Assembly: GCA_031554915.1 (NCBI GenBank)
Contig: JAVBUX010000178.1
Coordinates: 1-41,304 of the forward strand
Source: Bacteroidales bacterium
GTDB lineage: Bacteria > Bacteroidota > Bacteroidia > Bacteroidales > Azobacteroidaceae
Length of the DNA: 41,304 bases
Reading direction: 5' to 3'
Part shown: piece after piece, positions 34,901 to 41,304 of the stretch
How the letters are laid out: each line of letters opens with the position of its first letter
Position numbering within the stretch: the stretch's first letter is position 1
The notes under the pieces: model-generated
Database searches by the model: none
Told to the model about the DNA's origin: nothing
The model's input: the letters and a program-made list of their open reading frames with translations, nothing else
Position numbers and translations under genes: made by a program

Positions 34901-37900
34901 ATGAAAAATAAGATAAAATACAACATTCTTTTAGTTCTTGTATCCGTATTTGTTTTTTCAGCTCAGGCGCAGGTGAAAAATGACGGGTCGCGTTATGCAA
35001 AAGTCTCCAAATTAGCATCAGGAAAATGGATTAAACTGAAAACCTCTACAAATGCCATTTATAAATTATCATACGACGACATAAAAAAAATGGGGATATC
35101 TGATCCGGCTAAAGTGAAAATCTATGGTTCGGGAGGGTGGATTCTGGAAGAGAATTTTAGTGCAAGTATTCCTTATATGGATGATCTTCAGGAGGTTGCT
35201 GTTTATGTCAATAAAGGTTCGGATGGTGTTTTCAGTTCGGGTGATTACTTGTTGTTTTATGGTCGTGGCACCGTGAAATGGACTTACAGCACGAGTTCAA
35301 AAATGTTTGTGCATGAAAATAATCCATACTCTACTTATGGTGCTTATTTTATGACAGAAAGCGATTCCGCTCCTAAAGAAATGGAAGTACTTGCTTCTGT
35401 TGATCAGACCAGCCTTGCTATTGCCGAATACGATGATTATTCTTTATATGAATTAGACTCGGTTACCATAGCAAATACTGGTAGAGAGTTGTTCGGCGAA
35501 AGTTTTATTTCAAAAAATCCAAGATCCTTCGATTTTAATATTCCGGGAATTACTTCAGCTAAATTTACGCTTTCTTTTGCTGCAAAACCAGCTGATGATG
35601 CTCCTTTAATGCTAAGTGTTAATGAGGAGCCAATTATTGATACTTATATCCCATCAATGAGAGATATGGATACATATCAAAAAGGGATCTTGGAAGTGGC
35701 TTCCGGTACATGGAACACTCCTGCGGAAAAGTTCTCGGCAGTGGTGAAATATGCTGTTGGAAGTCAGACGATGGCTTATCTAAACTTTATACGATTAAAT
35801 ACAACACGTAAACTTCAATATTACAATAATAATGATCCTTTTTTCAGAAGCGTGAAAAGTAGAAGTACTTCAGCCCGCTTTAATATTGAAAATGCAGGAA
35901 GTAATAATGTGGTATTCGATATCACTGATCCGTTTAATGTGCAGAAAGTTAATGCCACTTTATCAGGAACTCAGTTGAGCTTTGGGATAAAATCAAGTCC
36001 GACTCTTCGGGAGTTTGCTGTGGTTGATTTGAGTAAAGTATTTTTGTCTCCGGAATCGTTGGGTGAGGTTGAAAATCAGAATTTACATGCTTTGGAACAA
36101 ACGGATATGGTGATTCTTACACCGAAAAATTTTCTTGTGCAAGCAGAAACATTGGCGAAAGCACATCGTGAAAAGTCAGGTTTGCATGTAACTGTAGTAC
36201 AGGCGGATCTGGTGTTCAACGAGTTTTCATCTGGTGTTCCGGATGCAACAGCTTATCGCCGGTTTATGAAAATGTTTTATGACCGCGGAACTACGCAACA
36301 AGACAGACCTAAATATCTTTTGTTGTTTGGAGACGGATTGTTCGATAATCGGTTTAAGACTCCCGAAGGTAGTAAACTGCAGAAAGAAAATTATTTGTTG
36401 ACTTATCAGTTCAAAGAATCAATAGATGAACATATATCGTATGGCACAGATGATTATTTTGGTTTTCTGGATGATGGGGAAGGTTTGGATTTATATTCGG
36501 AAAGTTTGGATCTTGGAATTGGTCGTTTTCCTGTTAGTTCGATGTCTCAGGCCGATAATGCTGTAAAAAAGGTAATTGGCTATATGAATAATTCTAAATA
36601 TGGGGCTTGGAAAAATTTTCTCCTCTTTGCAGGGGATGATAGAAATTCAAATGAGCCTGATTTTTTACATTGTTTACAGGCAGACTCTATAGCAAGCGGG
36701 GTTGCAGCCAGGTGTCCTGAATTTATAATAAAAAAAGTGTATGAGCCTGCATTTAAGCCTGTTACGGTAAATGGGAAAAAGACATATCCTGATGCGAAAA
36801 ATAAGATGATGAATGCATTAAAAGAAGGTAGTTTTTTGGTGAATTATACAGGCCATGGTAGTACAACATCCTGGACATCAGAGGATTTATTGACAATTAC
36901 AGATGTAAATCAAATGTCGTTTGAGAATTTGCCGTTATGGATAACTGCGACTTGCGACTTTGGCTGGTTTGACGGAGTGAATACTTCAGCCGGAGAAGCT
37001 GCATTTTTGAATAAAAATAGTGGAGCCATTGCTTTATATACGACATCAAGGGTTGTTTATGCTTTTAACAATGCAAATATTAATAGTGCGCTATTACGGT
37101 ATCTGTTGGATAAGAAAAATCGAAAGACATTACGATTAGGAGATGTTTTAAGATTGGCTAAGAATGATTTGTCCGGGGATTCTAATAAGTTGAATTATGT
37201 TTTGTTAGGAGATCCGGCTTTAAGATTGAATTTCCCGGATTTGGAAGTTCAGGTTTCAACAGTTAATGGCAAACCGGTTAAAAAAGACGAGAATATAATT
37301 TTCAAAGCTTTGGATAATGTTACGTTGACCGGTAAAATTGTGGATGTGAATGGAAATGTTCAGACCGGATTGAATGGAACGATGCAGACTTTAGTATATG
37401 ATAGTGAGCAACAATTAAAATCTTTGACCACTGATGATTATGGTCAGTATCTGGAATTTAGCGAATATACCAGTATGATCTCTCCTCCGGTAAGCAATGA
37501 AATTGTTAACGGTGCATTTACCGTCGGGTTTAAAGTGCCTCTGGATATTTTTTACAGTGATAACCCAGGAAAGATTAGCTTTTATGGTTTCGATAAAACG
37601 AATAATAAAGAAGCTCAAGGTTCTTTTATGAATGTTATCCTGAATGGAACTGCTGAAAATCCTGATAATGATGGAGAAGGACCTGAAATTCGGAGTATGT
37701 ATTTGAATACCATTTCATTTAAGAATGGAGATAAAGTCAACCAAACACCCCTTTTTGTGGCAGATGTATATGATAAAGATGGAATCAATGTGAGTACAGG
37801 AAGTATCGGACATGAAATTTCCATTTGTATTGATAATAATCCGAATTATACTTTCCCGTTGAATTCGTACTTTGTTCCTTCTATTGAGGAGATGGGAGCC

Positions 37901-38347
37901 GGAAGAGTGGAGTTTATGATCCCGAATGAAAAGGCTTTGCCGGAAGGAAACCATACATTGGTACTAAAAGTCTGGGATTTATTAAATAACTCAAGTACGG
38001 ATTCTATTTATTTTACAGTTATTAAAGACTTAAAGCCGCAGTTGTTTGATTTGACGGCTGTGGGTAATCCTGCTCGTGTCCATACTTATTTTGAATTGTC
38101 GCACGACAGGCCTGAAGCTCAAATCGATGTAACTATCAGGGTTTATGATCTTACCGGGCGTATTTGCTGGACAAATAAAATATCCGGAAAATCCAGTTGG
38201 CTGAAAGAATTCCCGATAGAATGGGATTTACGCACGAATAGCGGAATGCCTTTGAAGGCCGGCGTTTATGTATATAAGGCCGATATTCGTTGTGGAAACA
38301 GTAGTGAGGCGACCAAGGCGAAAAAAATTATCATACTCGGACAATAA
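34901..38347 (+). CDS. porU: T9SS sortase PorU (C25 peptidase)
   Basis: NEFSSG.PDATAYR, YLLLFGD, catalytic YTGHG and TATCDF, LLGDPAL and a C-terminal CTD; upstream of porV. Confidence 0.93.
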   Translation: MKNKIKYNILLVLVSVFVFSAQAQVKNDGSRYAKVSKLASGKWIKLKTSTNAIYKLSYDDIKKMGISDPAKVKIYGSGGWILEENFSASIPYMDDLQEVAVYVNKGSDGVFSSGDYLLFYGRGTVKWTYSTSSKMFVHENNPYSTYGAYFMTESDSAPKEMEVLASVDQTSLAIAEYDDYSLYELDSVTIANTGRELFGESFISKNPRSFDFNIPGITSAKFTLSFAAKPADDAPLMLSVNEEPIIDTYIPSMRDMDTYQKGILEVASGTWNTPAEKFSAVVKYAVGSQTMAYLNFIRLNTTRKLQYYNNNDPFFRSVKSRSTSARFNIENAGSNNVVFDITDPFNVQKVNATLSGTQLSFGIKSSPTLREFAVVDLSKVFLSPESLGEVENQNLHALEQTDMVILTPKNFLVQAETLAKAHREKSGLHVTVVQADLVFNEFSSGVPDATAYRRFMKMFYDRGTTQQDRPKYLLLFGDGLFDNRFKTPEGSKLQKENYLLTYQFKESIDEHISYGTDDYFGFLDDGEGLDLYSESLDLGIGRFPVSSMSQADNAVKKVIGYMNNSKYGAWKNFLLFAGDDRNSNEPDFLHCLQADSIASGVAARCPEFIIKKVYEPAFKPVTVNGKKTYPDAKNKMMNALKEGSFLVNYTGHGSTTSWTSEDLLTITDVNQMSFENLPLWITATCDFGWFDGVNTSAGEAAFLNKNSGAIALYTTSRVVYAFNNANINSALLRYLLDKKNRKTLRLGDVLRLAKNDLSGDSNKLNYVLLGDPALRLNFPDLEVQVSTVNGKPVKKDENIIFKALDNVTLTGKIVDVNGNVQTGLNGTMQTLVYDSEQQLKSLTTDDYGQYLEFSEYTSMISPPVSNEIVNGAFTVGFKVPLDIFYSDNPGKISFYGFDKTNNKEAQGSFMNVILNGTAENPDNDGEGPEIRSMYLNTISFKNGDKVNQTPLFVADVYDKDGINVSTGSIGHEISICIDNNPNYTFPLNSYFVPSIEEMGAGRVEFMIPNEKALPEGNHTLVLKVWDLLNNSSTDSIYFTVIKDLKPQLFDLTAVGNPARVHTYFELSHDRPEAQIDVTIRVYDLTGRICWTNKISGKSSWLKEFPIEWDLRTNSGMPLKAGVYVYKADIRCGNSSEATKAKKIIILGQ

Positions 38348-38457
38348 AATCAAGTATTATACAGTTTATACAGGAGAATCTTAATCTTTAATACAAGGAT
38401 GTGAAATCATAAAAACTTTGTGTTAAAAATATAATAATCATTTTCAGAAAAATCAGA

Positions 38458-39630
38458 ATGAATAAATTTAGAATCATAGTAATAATTTGTGGCTTGGTGT
38501 GTTTGCCTGCTTTGTTGAATGCTCAAGGGAAAAAGGATTTTGATCCGCTTATTGTGGGTGTCCCTTCTTTGACGATTGCTCCTGATGCCCGTGGTGGTGG
38601 TATGGGAGATGTTGGTGCTGCTACCGATCCTGATATTTTTTCTCAATTTTGGAATCCTGCTAAATATTCATTTGCATACAGTAAGGCCGGTGTTGGTTTG
38701 TCCTACACTCCATGGTTGAGAAGTTTGGTGAATGATATTGATTTGGCTTATCTTTCAGGATATTATAAACTTGGAGATTCGGACAGGCATGCTGTCGGAG
38801 CTTCTTTGAGATATTTTTCTCTGGGTAAGATCGATCTTACGGATCCGGTAACTCGTAATATTTATGGTCAGGCGAGTCCTTATGAAATGTCGATCGATGC
38901 GGGATATTCCTTGAAGTTGACAGAGACATTCTCTCTTGGAGCTAATATGCGGTTTATATATTCGGATTTGGGAGCCGGAGTAGAAGAAGATTTTGTTCCG
39001 GGAACTTCATTTGCTGTCGATGTGGCCGGATACTGGAATAAGTATATTGTGCTCGGAAGTAGTGAGTCTTTGCTTGGCTTGGGATTCAATGTCTCCAATA
39101 TTGGTACTAAAATATCTTACGATAACAATAATACATCCAACTTTATTCCTACAAATTTGCGTTTGGGAGGATCATTGCTATATCCGTTGGATGATTATAA
39201 CACGATTGCCTTTAACCTTGATGTAAATAAATATCTGGTTCCTTCAAGTCCATATAACCGTACTTATGATTCGGAAGAAGAGCGTCAGGAAGCTATTCAG
39301 GCCTATAATGATATGTCGCCTATTACGGGAATGTTTAAGTCGTTCTCGGATGCTCCGGGTGGTGCTAAAGAAGAATTCGAAGAAATTATGTGGTCTGCCG
39401 GAGCAGAATATGCATATAACCAGCAGTTCTTTGTTCGTGGAGGATATTTTTATGAAAGTCCGAATAAGGGAAATCGCCAGTATTTCTCATTGGGTGCCGG
39501 TTTTAAGATGAATGTGTTCATTCTTGATGTGGCTTACCTGATCTCTACAGTTCCGTCTAATCCATTGGACCAGACTTTACGCTTTAGCTTGAGTTTCGAC
39601 ATGGATGGATTGAAAAACCTGTTGAAATAA
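38458..39630 (+). CDS. porV: T9SS outer-membrane shuttle PorV
   Basis: SLTIAPDARGGGMGDVG, WNPAKY, SYTPWL and NPLDQTLRFSL. Confidence 0.94.
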   Translation: MNKFRIIVIICGLVCLPALLNAQGKKDFDPLIVGVPSLTIAPDARGGGMGDVGAATDPDIFSQFWNPAKYSFAYSKAGVGLSYTPWLRSLVNDIDLAYLSGYYKLGDSDRHAVGASLRYFSLGKIDLTDPVTRNIYGQASPYEMSIDAGYSLKLTETFSLGANMRFIYSDLGAGVEEDFVPGTSFAVDVAGYWNKYIVLGSSESLLGLGFNVSNIGTKISYDNNNTSNFIPTNLRLGGSLLYPLDDYNTIAFNLDVNKYLVPSSPYNRTYDSEEERQEAIQAYNDMSPITGMFKSFSDAPGGAKEEFEEIMWSAGAEYAYNQQFFVRGGYFYESPNKGNRQYFSLGAGFKMNVFILDVAYLISTVPSNPLDQTLRFSLSFDMDGLKNLLK

Positions 39631-40112
39631 TGCAAAAAATCAGGGTTGGTTTTGGGTTTGATATGCATCGCTTAGTTGAAGGCCGTGACCTCTGGATGGG
39701 GGGAATCCGACTTCAATATGAACGGGGATTGGATGGACATTCCGATGCGGATGTGCTGATTCATGCTATTTGTGATGCTTTACTTGGTGCTGCTGATTTA
39801 CGTGATATTGGTTTCCAATTTCCGGATACGGGAGAAGAGTTCAAAGATATTGATAGTAAAATACTGTTGAGTCGCACAATGGCTTTGATTCGAGATAAAG
39901 GTTATGCTTTGGGGAATGTCGATGCCACGGTTTGTGCCGAGCGCCCTAAACTAAATCCTTATATTCCTCAAATGAAAGCTTGTCTGTCCGAAATAATGCA
40001 GGTTGATTCCTGTGATATTTCCATAAAAGCCACTACTTCCGAAAAAATGGGATATGTAGGCCGGGAAGAAGGAATCGCTGCGTATGCCACTGTCCTGATC
40101 TTTAAAGCTTAG
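39630..40112 (+). CDS. ispF: 2-C-methyl-D-erythritol 2,4-cyclodiphosphate synthase
   Basis: GFDMH, GHSDADVLIHAICDALLGA and KATTSEKMG; TAATG overlap with porV. Confidence 0.96.
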   Translation: MQKIRVGFGFDMHRLVEGRDLWMGGIRLQYERGLDGHSDADVLIHAICDALLGAADLRDIGFQFPDTGEEFKDIDSKILLSRTMALIRDKGYALGNVDATVCAERPKLNPYIPQMKACLSEIMQVDSCDISIKATTSEKMGYVGREEGIAAYATVLIFKA

Positions 40113-40185
40113 AAAATACCTGAAATATTGTTTCACTGTCATTTCGTAAATTTATCATATCTTTGTTTTTTATAAAAAACAATAG

Positions 40186-41304
40186 ATGTTTCGTATTATT
40201 TTTTTCTTTGTCTTTCTTTTTTTTATTAATCTTCCTAATTTCTCTCAGGATGATAAGCCCGGATACATGTTTCGCTTGTATCTGAGAGACAAAGCCAACA
40301 CACCTTATTCCATCGATAATCCGGAAGAGTTTTTATCTCAAAAAGCAATTGAAAGAAGAAAAAAGCAGGCTTATTCTGTGGATAGTACCGATTTACCTGT
40401 CGATCCTCAATATATGTCGGCTATTCGTGAAAAAGGTGCGGAAATCAAAGCTGTAAGCAAATGGTTAAATACGGTATCGGTTTATTTTCCCGATAGTATG
40501 ATGGTGAAATCGGTGAAAGAATTGCCGTTCGTTGACTCGGTAAGCTGGGTGTGGATTGGCAAACTATCTGATTGGGAAAAGCCGGAGCATGTTGAGGGTA
40601 TTGATGTTGAAGTTACAGAGGCATCACCGGATACTTCTTTCTATGGATCTGCATACGATCAGATTCATCTAAATAATGGCGATTTTTTGCATGATACCGG
40701 TTTTAAGGGTGAGGGAATGACCATTGCCGTCATCGATGCGTCTTTTACCAGTGTGGAGAAAATAGATGCTTTTGATCCTTCCAGAATACTTGGATATCGT
40801 AATTTTACTCATCAAGGGTATATTCCGTTTTCCAAGGATAATGAACACGGAACAAAGGTTCTTTCCTGTATGTTGGCCAATAAGCCTGGAAAAATGGTGG
40901 GAACAGCTCCTGATGCATCTTATTATTTGATTCAGACTGAGGTTTATAATGAAGAATATGCTGTAGAAGAAGACTACTGGATTGCCGGAATCGAGTTTGC
41001 CGATAGTCTGGGTGTGGATATTGTTACTTCATCATTGGGTTATACGGAATATGATGCTCCATCCATGAATTACTCCCGTCGTGATCTCAATGGAAAAACA
41101 GCTCAGATTTCCAAGGCTGCATCCATGGCGTATCGAAAAGGAATTTTAGTATTTGTATCTGCCGGAAATGAGCAAAATAAAGACTGGAAGACAATTTCTT
41201 TTCCTGCAGATGCAGAAAATGTTGTTACAGTTGGTGCAGTCGGCTCTCAAAAGGAGATTGCTTATTTTTCTTCTTTTGGTTGTACATCTGATGGTAGGTT
41301 GAAG
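40186..41304 (+). CDS. S8 subtilisin-like serine peptidase (partial, runs off right edge)
   Basis: Not in the ORF track. Manual reading from ATG 40186 gives a signal peptide, FLSQKAIERR, IAVIDASF (Asp), HGTKVLSCM (His) and SAGNE (oxyanion Asn). TATCTTTG at 40158-40165. Confidence 0.9.
   Translation, partial: MFRIIFFFVFLFFINLPNFSQDDKPGYMFRLYLRDKANTPYSIDNPEEFLSQKAIERRKKQAYSVDSTDLPVDPQYMSAIREKGAEIKAVSKWLNTVSVYFPDSMMVKSVKELPFVDSVSWVWIGKLSDWEKPEHVEGIDVEVTEASPDTSFYGSAYDQIHLNNGDFLHDTGFKGEGMTIAVIDASFTSVEKIDAFDPSRILGYRNFTHQGYIPFSKDNEHGTKVLSCMLANKPGKMVGTAPDASYYLIQTEVYNEEYAVEEDYWIAGIEFADSLGVDIVTSSLGYTEYDAPSMNYSRRDLNGKTAQISKAASMAYRKGILVFVSAGNEQNKDWKTISFPADAENVVTVGAVGSQKEIAYFSSFGCTSDGRLK

Noticed and set aside
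34901-40112. porU-porV-ispF linkage as a novelty
   Set aside because: This is a known conserved arrangement in T9SS-bearing Bacteroidetes.

Overview
This is a chromosomal window from a T9SS-bearing Bacteroidales-type bacterium. The assignment is inferred from porU-porV-ispF synteny, a SusC/SusD/HTCS locus and repeated TAnnTTTG -7 promoter motifs. From left to right it contains: a partial secreted protein and its membrane-anchored AraC regulator; a DUF2007-like gene, higBA and recG; and a ~14 kb polysaccharide utilisation locus (HTCS divergent from GH26-like, SusC, SusD, surface lipoprotein, FAD-oxidoreductase, GH16). Next come a DUF4488-like gene, a tricorn-like S41 protease, a three-gene module (TPR/TM/AraC sensor, beta-propeller + PI-PLC fusion, YDG/MBG/Ig T9SS cargo) and a GH116. 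The right end is housekeeping (pssA, psd, SUI1/yciH, rex, FAH family, porU, porV, ispF) followed by a partial S8 peptidase. There are two main observations. First, the PUL's GH26 is an intact lipoprotein with both catalytic glutamates replaced by serine, while the two downstream enzymes are broken (an amber codon and a 1-nt frameshift), so the locus has no intact predicted hydrolase. Second, the AraC/phospholipase/adhesin module carries a 21-bp-spaced direct-repeat operator candidate. All family calls come from motif recognition by eye; no searches were run. No rRNA, tRNA, CRISPR array or transposase was recognised.
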